Source of the DNA: Torpedo marmorata
Lineage: Eukaryota
Direction of reading: 5' to 3'
Assembly: GCA_977017645.1 (NCBI GenBank)
Contig: OZ360257.1
Location: 14,694,001 to 14,758,000, forward strand
Length of the DNA: 64,000 nucleotides
This document shows, in pieces, positions 1 through 10,551 of the stretch. Positions within the stretch are counted from its first letter, which is position 1; every line of letters starts with the position of its first letter. The position numbers were made by a program, and so were the translations under genes. The notes beneath the pieces are model-generated. The model was given only the letters and a program-made list of their open reading frames with translations. It made no database searches and was not told the origin of the DNA.

Positions 1-800
1 AAAAGTGTTCCGTGTTGCATTTTGGAAGGACAAACCAAGAAAGGGCAAACACGGTAAATGGTAGGGCACTGAGGAGTGCGGTAGAAGAGAGGGATCTGGG
101 AATACAGATACATATTTTCCTGAATGTGGTGTCACAGGTGGATAGGGTTGTGAAGAGAGCTTTTGGAATATTGGCCTTCATAAATCAGAGTATTAAGCAT
201 AGGAGTTGGGATGTTATGGTAAAGTTGTATAAAACATTGATGAGGCCAAATGTGGAGTATTGTGTGCACGTTTGGTAACCTAACTACAGGAATGATATCA
301 ATAAGATAGAAAGAGTGCAGAGAACATTTACGTGGATGTTGCCAGGACTTCAGGAACTGAGTTACAGGGAAAGGTGAAACAGGTTAGGACATTATTCCCT
401 GGAACGTCGAAGAATGAAAGGAGATTTGATATAGGTATTTAAAATTATCAAGTGTATAGACAGACTACATATATATAGGCTTTTTCAAATGAGGGTAGGT
501 GAGATACAAATCAGAGGACATGGTTTAAGTGTGAAAGGGGAAAATGTTAGGGTGAACATGAGGAGGAATTTATTCACACAGAGAATATTGGGGTGTGGAA
601 CGAGCTTCCAGCTGAAGTGTGTAATACCGGCTCAATTTTAACATTTAAGCAGAATTTGCACAGCTACGTGGATGGGAGGTCTATGAAGGGTAATTGATTG
701 TGTGCAGGTCAGTGGGATCAGCCAGAATAATTGTTCGGCACAGACTAGAAAGGTCGGTGGGCTTGTTTCTATGATGTAATGTTGGATGTTCTAATGGTTA
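1..800 (+). mobile_element. CR1 LINE, decayed 3' portion
   Basis: ORF2 C-terminal motifs (LHFGRTN, ERDLGI, RPNVEYCV) and a microsatellite-like tail. Confidence 0.9.
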
Positions 801-843
801 TAAGTTGGAGACATGTCAGAGTATTGGTAGGTATATGAATCGG

Positions 844-1961
844 ATGTCTACCACAGTCTGGAGTCAAATTAGAGAATGTGCTAATATTCCCTGGTGGGAG
901 CTGAGAGATGTCTGGGAACAGTTGAGCGTTGCAGTCGATATATCTGTCGGAGGTACAAACCGAAAGCGATAGCTTTGAAAATGGTCGCTGCAACAGAATT
1001 GCGCTAAGCGCAATGTGAAGATGAAATGATTTCCCTTCTGCTCTCCTTGCACGAGTTTCGGAAATCACCTGCATAGAGATATGCAGTCAAACAAAGAAGT
1101 CAGCAGACGATGAGATTGTAGTGTAATACAGTACACAAAAGAGCAGGAGAAACTCATCTGGTCACGCAGCGTTACAGAGGAAGCAAAGATATAATACACT
1201 AAGACCACAAATGTTGATTTTAGATATCTCCTTCCAATGTACGCTGCGTGACCACCTAGGTATCTTCAGCATTTCATGTATGCAAATACATATGCATAGT
1301 TGACCTCATCCCTCTGAATATATTACAAACGAGCCTATAATTTTCGCAACTCAGAACGAGGAAATTTAAAAATGATGGTTGTTATGTCAGACGAATGCAA
1401 AATGTATTTACATAAATACTTTTATCTTTGATCGCTTCGTTATGATTTGTCACTCATCATTATGAACAATATATTCCAATGAAAAATTGCAACACGGGCA
1501 ATAGCATCGTTTGGTTATTATGCGTTTTGGAAAATATTCCAATCTTATTTGCATTGGAACACGTGAAAATAATTGGCAACTTAAAAAGGTTCTGCATCAC
1601 AAAATCATTTTTCTATATCTGACCAATTTCGGCTGCATTATTATGATTGAAAACCAAGTTAACCCCATTTCTACCATCTGTATTGATCCTGGTGTTCAAT
1701 GCCTTGACGATGTAACATATTTTGCTGGCTAACAGAATAAGAAACAAACTCCAAAGAATGAATAGTGAGGGAAGGCAGATGGATCAACAAATTGAAAAGC
1801 GAAGGAACTCAATTGTTTTACGGCTTATAATAGGTGGCAGTATCATTCTATTGTGGACGGTAAATTTAGCCACGTTAATCTCGGTACATTTTACCGAAAG
1901 TCAATTGAAAGCTGATACAGCAATGCATTCACCTTTGCGGAAGAAAGTTGCTTGCAGTTAA
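844..1961 (+). pseudogene. Divergent GPR139-like pseudogene (lineage A)
   Basis: FIFDRFVMIC at 1421-1450. LTPFLPSVLILVFNALTM*HILLANRIRNKL..MDQQIEKRRNSIVL..SIILLW at ~1660-1860 (TM5-ICL3-TM6), with stops and frameshifts. Tentative exon 1 relic MSTTVWSQIRE..IP|GT at 844-895. Confidence 0.8.
1090..1282. repeat. Palindromic interspersed repeat (Penelope-derived/MITE-like)
   Basis: Perfect 14-bp inverted repeat TGGTCACGCAGCGT (1159-1172) / ACGCTGCGTGACCA (1241-1254). Related elements at ~22100-22235, ~48370-48500 and ~61025-61155. Confidence 0.6.
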
Positions 1962-3001
1962 GGTTTCCGTACAGAACCATAGAAGACTACAGCTAAGGAT
2001 CAGGCCCTTCGGTCCATCTGGATTGTTCCGCAATATTATAGTCCCCGGTTCGATTGACCTGCACCCTGACCACAGCATTCCGTCCATACCCCTTCCATCC
2101 ATGTACAAATCTAATTTTTCTTAAATGTCAAACGTGAGCCTGCATTGACCATTTCAGTTGTAGAATCCTAGATCAAAACACCTTCATTTATACCGTTTCT
2201 CAAGTTCAGAGAAGAATTGAAGAACATGATTACACGCCCTCTTTTTCTCTTCTCCTGACCAGTATGAGCAAAATATCACGATTCTTCTGATTGGAAATGA
2301 AATATTTCAGAAAACATAATTGCATATTTTAACGGAATTGGTCTGAACTCCAGTTTTCTTTCGTTTCTCTCGTTGAAGGGATTATTCCATCAGTCCGCGC
2401 CGATGAACCTTGGGCGGTAGGAGAAAATCCTGTGTGTGCTCACAATTCATGCAACATCTGTGGAGAGAATAAAACAGAGATAGCATTTCATGTCAATGAA
2501 CTTTTATTTGAAATCAATTGTATTGACGATACAGGATTGAAAGCAATATTCGTAATGCGTTAAAAAGTCTTTAACAAAGTAGAAGGCATGGGAAGTGTGC
2601 TGCACAGTAATAGTTAGGATCAAATATGAAACGGTGAATTTTGAATAGGATATTTGGCTTGCAAATTAAGAAAAACGTTCGTTTATCATAAACGTCATGA
2701 AAGACATTCACGGGCTTTGTATTTCCAAGTTTCTTAATTGTTTGTAAATGAACATTGACCACCTGAGATTCTGTTATTTTACATTTTACCACCGTCAATC
2801 GCCAGTGCTCTTTCCAATTTCAGGTTTATTTTGAAATAATCACATTCAAACAAGACCCACTGTAAATTAAATGTAATACAGATAAAAGCCAGGCAAATAA
2901 TCATTTAGAGCGTTAATTCCAGAGGAGTATCTACAGTATTCGATAAATAGGTTATAAATACGCACCAACCTATCGCATCCTAAATTGTGTTTTATTTATT
3001 G

Positions 3002-4495
3002 AACCATATAACCATATAACAATTACAGTACAGAAACAGACCAGTTCGGCCCTTCTAGTCCACGCCGAACACCTTCTCTCACCTAGTCCCACTGACCCGC
3101 ACCCGGCCCATAACCCTCCACACCTCTCTCGTCCATATACCTATCCAACTTTTCCTTAAACATTAAAATTGAACCTGCATCTACCACTTCGGCCGGAAGC
3201 TCGTTCCACACTTCCACCACTATCTGAGTGAAGAAATTCCCCCTCATGTTTCCTCTAAACTTCCCCCCTTCAATCTCAATCCATGTCCTCCTGTTTGAAT
3301 CTTCCCAAATCTCAATAGAAAAAGCCTGTCCACATTGACTCTATCTGTCCCATTCCTAATTTTAAATACCTCTAGAAAATCACCCCTCAACCTTCTACGC
3401 TCCAGGGAATAAAGTCCCAGCCTGTTCAACCTTTCCCTGTAACTCAAACCCAGAAACCCAGGTAACATTCTTGTAAATCTCCTCTGCACTCTCTCTATTG
3501 TGTTTATATCCTTCCTGTAATTCGGCGACCAAAACTGCACACAATATTCCAAATTTGGCCTCACCAATGCCTTATACAACTTCAACATGACATCCCAACT
3601 CCTATATTCAATACTCTGATTTATGAAGGCCAACATACCAAATGCCTTCTTCACCACCATATCTACGTGTGACTCAACTTTCAGGGAATTATGTACCAGA
3701 ATTCCTAAATCCCTCTGTTTTACTGCACTTCTCAATTTACTTCCATTTAACATGTATGACCTTTGCTGATTAATCCTACCAAAATGTAGCACCTCACATT
3801 TATCAGTATTAAATTCCATCTGCCATGTTTCCGCCCACTCTTCTAACTGTCCAATATCCCCCTGCAAGCTTTGATATCCTTCTTCACTTTCCACAACACC
3901 ACCAATCTTCGTATCATCTGCATACTTACTAATCCAATTTACCACCCTATCATCTAGATCATTAATATATATGACAAACAACAATGGACCCAATACCGAT
4001 CCCTGAGGCATTCCACTAGTCACCGGCCTCCAATTTTACAATCAATTTTGCACCACTACTCTCTGGCATCTCCTATCCAACCATTGTTGAATCCATTTCA
4101 CTACTTCGTCGTTAATACCTAATGCTTGAACCTTCCTAACGAGCCTCCTATGCGGAACCTTGTCAAATGCCTTACTAAAGTCCATATAGACAACATCCAC
4201 AGCCTTCCCCTCGTCAGCCCTCTTAGTAACCTCATCAAAAAACTCTATGAGATTTGTCAAACATGATCTACCACGAGCAAAACTGTGTTGACTACTCCAA
4301 ATCAATGCTTGTCTTTCCAAATAACTGCATACGCCATCTCTAAGAACACTCTCCATTAATTTACCCACCACCGATGTCAGACTCACAGGCCTATAATTTC
4401 CAGGTTTACTTTTGGAGCCCTTCTTAAACAGCGGGACAACATGAGCTACCCTCCAATCCTCCGGCACCTCCCCCGTGGCCAGTGACATTTTAATA
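3002..4495 (-). mobile_element. CR1 LINE, 5'-truncated (RT domain to 3' tail)
   Basis: NYRPVSLTS, DFSKAFD, PQGSVLGP, YADD; (AACCATAT)n tail at ~3003-3020. Confidence 0.95.
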
Positions 4496-4689
4496 TTTCT
4501 GTCAGAGCATCAACTCACTTCATTAATTTAGAATGAAGTGGTACTGTTTATTAAATCGAGTATGTGGAGATGTTATGTAATTTAAAGTCCCAGTGGAAAC
4601 GGCTGTCCTATAAATTAGGCTTCACAGTGAATCTCTTCGTTTTCTTTCCTGGACCTGTGCTGTACAGCAAACGCTCCTAACCTTAAAAG

Positions 4690-4749
4690 CTGCCGCGCCT
4701 GGACGCCACGGAGATCTTCTATCCCATCGTGCAATTGTCGACATTCCTG
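4690..4749 (+). pseudogene. Orphan dead copy of GPCR exon 1
   Basis: Paralog of 6671-6731 with both ATGs changed to CTG, a 1-nt deletion, and donor GTAAGT changed to CTAAGT. No exon 2 follows before the gene 1 upstream region. Confidence 0.88.
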
Positions 4750-4819
4750 CTAAGTGATTTTGCGGCAATCTCCACATACACACACACACACACGCACGCA
4801 CGCACGCACACACACACAG

Positions 4820-5430
4820 AAAGTTGTTCAGCCACCTTCGCCCTGCCAGGATTTAAAGAATCTTTTGACATGAAGTTGTTGAAGGTAGGCAATCTCCAGT
4901 TACTAGAAAATAAAACCGACGACCTCAGCGCAAAGCGGCTATATCAGAGACAGTTGAGGAAAATCTCAGTTGTTTATTGCTCCGAGTCCTGTCTAATAGA
5001 GAATACAAAGGACGCTGCGATCCGACCAGAGGTTCTAACCATTCACAGGCTGAACTGGGACCTGAATTCTGACAAAGTTATAGGGCACGATGTTTGTTTT
5101 CCAGTTAATATCGGTTGGTGCACGGTCGTTGGTGTTCTTTCAAACTCTTCCTCCGGTTTCGGAGAGCAAATATCGATCAAATGCAAACCCTTCAATGTAC
5201 CCCGAGGGTCCTCATCAGTAATTCTCACCCGGGTTTATCTCCTGCCCGACGCCAATTACAAACAGGCACGTGCGGAGCTGCATGACAATCACAGTCGTTG
5301 ACTTTAACCAGGCCTGTCTTAAGAAAACCCTGCGCAAATATCACCAGCAAGTAGCCTGCTGTACCAGAGGCACCAGAACATTTGATCATTGCGGCAACAA
5401 CATAAGGAATGCTTACGTTCTTTCATGATA
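4820..5430 (+). mobile_element. Rex1/Babar-type LINE endonuclease fragment (orphan intron copy)
   Basis: NLQLLENKTDDL..YQRQL..ESCL..IKCKPF; paralog of 6900-7530. Confidence 0.7.
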
Positions 5431-5924
5431 GAATATGTTGGTGTTTGCTGTCCACCCCATCTAAACTCATCCGACGAATGATGTCCAACCAACCATACGC
5501 CTTCCTGACCAGCGCGTCAAATCGCACAGCAACCTTGAGGGGTGTATTAACCTTGTCCCCAAGGTTTCTCTGCTCCTCCAATCTGTTATAGATCTGCCAT
5601 TAACACGCACTCCGCGTTCGATTTGACCTCCAAAGTGCACCAAACGTAACCGTATTGAACTCAATCTGCCACTTCTCTGCCCAACTCCGCATCCTGTCTA
5701 TATCCCGTTATAACCCACGACAGCCTTCTGCACTCCCGACAACACTGTGAACCGTTGTATCATTAGCAAATGCAAAGAAAATAGAGCACAGAAAGAAATT
5801 CTCTGATTGGACTTGATGCCTTCGAACCAACCCTCAGCGGTGATGCGTTACGCCAAATACCACAGGCGATCCAAACACTCCTCGGATCTGTGTGGCGTTT
5901 GCAACAAAAATTAAATCAGGATTT

Positions 5925-6155
5925 AAAGCGGTACGGTTCACGTCACAGTTCAGCGCAATGCGTTTACAGCGCCAGCGAAACTGGTTCAAATACAGCGCTG
6001 TCCTGGAAGGTGTTTTATTGCTTTCCCTCGTGAACTGCTCGGTTTCCCCGGGTACTCTGGTTTCTTCCCACTCACGAAAAAACGTACGGGGTTGGCATGT
6101 TCATTGGATGTAATTTGGCAGCACGGGCTTCATGAGCTAAGTGTCTGTATACTTT
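5925..6155 (+). mobile_element. Decayed V-SINE ~0.5 kb upstream of each GPCR exon 1
   Basis: GGTTCAAATAC B box and core; copies at ~16260-16490, ~32025-32250, ~42355-42580 and ~54995-55220. Confidence 0.7.
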
Positions 6156-6552
6156 AAAAAAAAGCTTCAGTCAGTCCAGCATGGCAGTCGACGAGTGAAA
6201 ACAAAACTTCAGGTCAGACCGACTGATGACCTTTTGAAAACACATGGGAACAAAGGTATTTTCAGGTGTGTAATAATGAAAAGGAAAATGTGTGTGATAA
6301 TCAGGATCATTGGGAACAAACAGACGGAGAGAATTGCGAACATGTACACCCAGGGACGAGGATAAAGCCAAGCAAATGGAGATAGATGAAGGCGACACTC
6401 CAGTGTCACGGTTCCACGTCAGGTGATGCAGCGAGCTCGCACCTGAACCTTGTTTATTACGATAACTTGTGTTAGTTACTCTGGGCGGAGCGATCTCAGG
6501 ACATTAATTTAGAATGAACTGACACTGTTTGTTAAATCGAGTATGTGGAGGT

Positions 6553-6595
6553 GTTACGTAATTTTTATGTCCCAGTAGAACGGCTGTCCTATAAA
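6553..6595 (+). promoter_or_regulatory. Core promoter of gene 1: GTTACGTAAT (D-box-like) and TATAAA
   Basis: TATAAA at 6590-6595, 81 nt upstream of the ATG; pyrimidine-rich TCA Inr-like site ~30-35 nt downstream. Confidence 0.6.
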
Positions 6596-6670
6596 TTAGG
6601 CTTCAGAGTGAAACTCTTCGTTTTCACATATTCACATGTGCTGTAGAGAAACCGCTCCTATCGTCAAAAG

Positions 6671-6731
6671 ATGCCACGAATGGACGCCACAGAGATCTTC
6701 TATCCCAGTCTTGCAATAGTCGGCATTCCTG
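6671..6731 (+). CDS. GPR139-like GPCR gene 1, coding exon 1 (MPRMDATEIFYPSLAIVGIP-G)
   Basis: ATG at 6671, 20 codons + G, then donor GTAAGT at 6732. The phase-1 junction rebuilds TM1 GIP-GN with exon 2. The same exon precedes all five genes. Confidence 0.9.
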
Positions 6732-6822
6732 GTAAGTGATTTTGCTGCGATCTCCGCCGCGTGTTCCCTGGTTGTCCGTATTCCGGATGGGTATTCCGTG
6801 TGTGTGTGTATGAATATACAGG

Positions 6823-6824
<2 letters not shown>

Positions 6825-6896
<72 letters not shown>
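6825..6896. repeat. (CA)n microsatellite in GPCR intron
   Basis: Seen directly; paralogs at ~4772-4818, ~17063-17110, ~43248-43326 and ~55888-55985. Confidence 0.95.
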
Positions 6897-6899
<3 letters not shown>

Positions 6900-6901
<2 letters not shown>

Positions 6902-7530
6902 TTGTACAGCCGCCGTCGCCCTGCCAGGATTTAAAGAATCATTTGACCTGAAGTTGTTGAAGTTAGACAATGTCCAGTCAATAGAAAATAAATCCGAAGA
7001 CGTCAGGGCAAAACTGCTATATCAGAGACAGTTGAGACAAATCAGTTGTTTGCTGCTCCAAGTCCTGGTTAACAGAAAACACAAAGAACGCTGCGATCCG
7101 ACCAGAGGTTTTAACCATTCACATGGACATGGATTCTGGCAAAGTGAGAGGTTACGGTGTTTGCTTTTCTGTTAATATCGGTTTGTGCCCGGACGCTGGT
7201 GTTCTTTCGAAATCTTCCTGCAGTGGCGGAGAGCAGATATCGATCAAATGCAAACCCATCAATGTACCCCTTAGGTTCTCATCAGTTATTCTCACCCGAG
7301 TTTATCTCCTTCCCGACACCAATTACAAACAGGCACTTGCGGAGCTGCATGACGTGATCAGTAAACAAGCCCACCCCGAGACACTTCCAGTCACAGTCGT
7401 TGACTTTAACCAGGCCTGTCTTAAGAAAGCCCTGCGCAAATATCACCAGCACGTAACCTGCTGTAGCAGAGGCAGTAGCTCATTTGATCATTGCGACAAC
7501 ATAAGGAATGCTTACGTTCTTTCATGATAG
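6900..7530 (+). mobile_element. Rex1/Babar-type LINE APE endonuclease fragment in GPCR intron
   Basis: NVQSIENK..LLYQRQL..ESWL..SGK..GVCF..IKCKP..RVYL. Copies at ~17120-17760, ~43330-43970 and ~55990-56630; mostly deleted in gene 3. Confidence 0.75.
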
Positions 7531-7723
7531 AGCATGTTGGTGTATGCTGTCCACCCCATCCAAACCCCTCATAATGTTGTCTACCCCCAATAATTCACCT
7601 CTACCCCTTAATCGCTGAAAGAGAAAAGCCCCAGCTCCATCTACCTTCCTTCATATGACAGGTTCTCCAATCCAGGCAACACCTTTGCACCCTCTCCAGA
7701 GCGTCCAGATATTTCCCATAAGG

Positions 7724-8165
7724 TTAGAAAAACTGGACTTATATTCGATGGAGTTTAGGAGGATGAGGGGGGATATGATTGAGGTTTACAAAATTATCAA
7801 GGGGATAGACAGGGTGAAGTCAGATTACTCGTTCCCAATGATGGGAGAGACGAGGACTAGAGGGCATAGTTTAAGAATTCAGGGAAGGCCCTTTAGGACG
7901 GAGATGAGAAAAAATTTCTTTAGCCAGAGAAGTGTGAATCTGTGGAATGCTCTGCCACAGAGGGTGGTAGAGGCAGATTCGCTGATTATGTTCAAAAGAG
8001 AGTTAGATAAGACTCTAATGGGCAGAGGATTTAAGGGTTATGGGGACAAGGCTGGTAAGGGGTACTGATAGTAGTGATCAGCCATGATCTGTAAAATGGC
8101 GGTGCTGGCTCGACGGGCCGAAGGGCCTACTCCAGCTCCTATTGTCTATTGTCTATTGTCTATTG
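7724..8165 (+). mobile_element. CR1 3' fragment inserted only in the gene 1 intron
   Basis: RGDMIEVYKI..TRGHSL..FFSQR; (CTATTGT)n tail; absent from the paralogous site at ~17952. Confidence 0.9.
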
Positions 8166-8179
8166 ACCTTACTGAACGC

Positions 8180-8830
8180 AACGATTTCAACTTTTTATCG
8201 TCACGTGTCCGGAGAAAAATGAAAAGGCGTTGTTTTGCGTGCTATCCAGGCAAATTAAGTCAAATAAAATGCAGCCTGCAGCGCAAGAATAAAAATAGTA
8301 AAGGTGATAGTGTTACAATAAAGTACAGTATGACGTGTTAATGACAGGCGTGCTGTTAATCTATGCAAGTCATTACCTTTTACTCATGAGAGGTCTGTTC
8401 AAGAACCTGACAGCAGGAATCTAATTGCCCTTGAATCTGGTGGGTGCGTTTTTTACAAACTCGTGCTTTTTCTACCCGACGGCATGAAGACGCAGAGACT
8501 GCGATAGGAGTGGAATAGATTCTTTAACATGTATAGTGATTATTTATCCCCGAGACGGCGGGAGATATGGGCGGAGTCGATGGACGGGGTATTTGCTTAT
8601 TGATAACACTGAATTGCGTTCATTTCTCTCCGTAGTTTCTTGAGATCCCGATCTTAGCAGTGTGCACAGAAGTGTGTGATGCACCCTCACCGGACACTAT
8701 CTGTTGTGCACCTGCACACAACGGTCAGGATCAGTGGAGGCAGGCCGAAATTCCTCAGCTTCTGTGGAAGTGGAGGCGTTGCTGCGCTATCCGTTCCGTA
8801 GTACCAGTGTAATGTCAGCAACTGCATAAT
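8180..8830 (-). mobile_element. Decayed Rex1/Babar-type 3' end in GPCR intron
   Basis: The minus strand gives QQRFHFLRR-like ORF2 C-terminal sequence. Copies at ~17970-18610, ~33250-33890, ~44190-44780 and ~56850-57440. Confidence 0.6.
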
Positions 8831-8947
8831 TTACAGGAGCATACAAATTATCCGATTAGTAAATTCCCAAAGATTCCATGGTTACATTCACGTTAACGCT
8901 GTTCGCTTGTTTTTCGAGCAGTTTCCTGCTTTTCCATCTTGTTACAG

Positions 8948-9861
8948 GTAACCTGCTCTCGATTGTGGTCCTGTCCCGGGGAATGTGCGGCCTCTCCAAA
9001 GGAGTGATTCGTTACATGGTAACCATGGCAGTTGCAGATACAATGGTCTGTGTGTTCAACGTCACAGTGACAAACGTCTTCCGCCATCATTTTCAGGGTT
9101 CATTCCTTGCACACACCTCCACTTGTCGGCTTACAGCCTTCATACAGATATTTAGCGTGCAATTGTCCGTCTGGGCCACCGTATCGTTCACAGTGGACCG
9201 CTTCATTGCCATTTGTTGCCAGCAATTCAAAACAAAATATTGTACCGAAAGAAACGCCACGGTGGTTCTTACGACTGTGGGTCTGCTGAGCGTTTTGATG
9301 CACATTCCAGCTTATTTCCGGTATGAACCCCATTACATTGCGGTTGATGTCCAATGGGGCTGCCGTACTATAACACAATATATTTCTTCACAAGCATGGC
9401 AGATTTACAGATGGTTGACTAAACTTACGGTACCACTGGTGCCGCTGCCGCTGATGTTGCTGTTGAATTCTCTCACCGTCCGACACATTTTACTTGTCAG
9501 CAGAGCTCGGAAGGCTTTGAAGCGCCATGGGGACGGTGAGATGTGTGATCCCGAGATGACGAACCGGAGGACGTCCATTATTTTGCTCTTCGCCATTTCC
9601 GGTACCTTCATTGCGTTGTGGACACCTGTTACGATAATTGACCTATTTTTCCAACTAACCTCGACTTTTGCGATCGATGCCCCGAAGTCACTGGTTCTGG
9701 CAATTAGAATCGCGATTATGCTGATGTATTTGAGCTGCTCTACAAACACTTGTGTTTATGCATTGACACAGAGGAGATTCCGGGAGGAGGTGAAGAAGGT
9801 GGCAAAATATCCATTTATTGCGGTTGTACGGTTTTTAAAACCAATTACGCAGCCACAATGA
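8948..9861 (+). CDS. GPR139-like class A GPCR gene 1, exon 2 (spliced protein 324 aa)
   Basis: Polypyrimidine tract + TTACAG acceptor at 8947. Motifs: TM2 MAVAD, C3.25, TVDRFIAIC, ECL2 WGC, TM6 LWTP, TM7 NTCVY, helix 8 FREEV. SVWATVxFTVDRFIAIC and the non-proline NxxxY resemble GPR139/142. Confidence 0.93.
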
Positions 9862-10261
9862 ATCAGAGATCATGGCCCTGTTCCACAGTTCGTTTCCAAT
9901 GTCGACTCTCGTCCTTTTTCTTCATCATTCCCTGTAACGTCAGCACCGTAAAACAAAGCCATCCACACACACCATTCCCACACCAACATTCTCGACATGG
10001 CCTCCTCGGCGACTACTGGATAACTAGCCATAGTAAAAGTTTAAACAATTGAACGAATCTATCAATGACATACTGTACGAATCACATATTGCCCCATACG
10101 TTCTCCCCATGTCTCTGTGTGTTTCATCCGTGCCCTCCGGTTTCCTCCCAAATTTTAAAAAAAATCGTAGGGAGGTTGGAGGTTAATTGTTGTATTTAGG
10201 TGGCATGGTCTCATTAACCGGAAGGTTATGTTCCAGTGCTGTATGTCTACATTTAAAATTT

Positions 10262-10370
10262 AAACCACTTCATTGTTTCACTGTCCCAGTGTAAATTCAG
10301 AGAGGGTCTGAACTATGTGGTAAAATGTCCAGTGACTCTTCTTACCAAGTCAACCAAGTGCAAGAAATGA
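10262..10370 (+). pseudogene. TM7/helix-8 remnant of lineage-B GPCR pseudogene
   Basis: NHFIVSLSQCKFREGLNYVVKCP; paralogous to ~30752-30860. Confidence 0.75.
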
Positions 10371-10551
10371 CACCAATTTATATTCTCAAATAACAAAATG
10401 AATAAACTCGAACAAAGTAAACAAAATTCGCTCCACCTGCATGACCACAAAGGGACCTTCAAATGCAAATGGGGTCTCTGGAAGGTGCACAGAACATAAA
10501 ATATACAACACACTGCAGACCCTTCAGTCCACGATGTTGTGCCGATCTATG

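Noticed and set aside
6624-7175. ORFs rich in CV or HT dipeptides (also at 4.6, 17.0, 39.4, 43.1, 52.0 and 55.8 kb)
   Set aside because: Translations of (CA)n/(TG)n microsatellites.
8878-8947. Hydrophobic N-terminal extensions of the long GPCR ORFs (here and at 18691, 33964, 44857, 57515), resembling signal peptides or single-exon starts
   Set aside because: They are the intron polypyrimidine tract in front of a conserved TTACAG acceptor; the upstream exon supplies the true TM1.
8893-9749. Minus-strand ORFs recurring over each GPCR exon 2
   Set aside because: Antisense shadows of conserved coding sequence with no independent features.
6671-9861. Assigning the symbol GPR139
   Set aside because: Multi-copy, divergent and lacking LWAPR; family-level similarity only, and orthology is untested.
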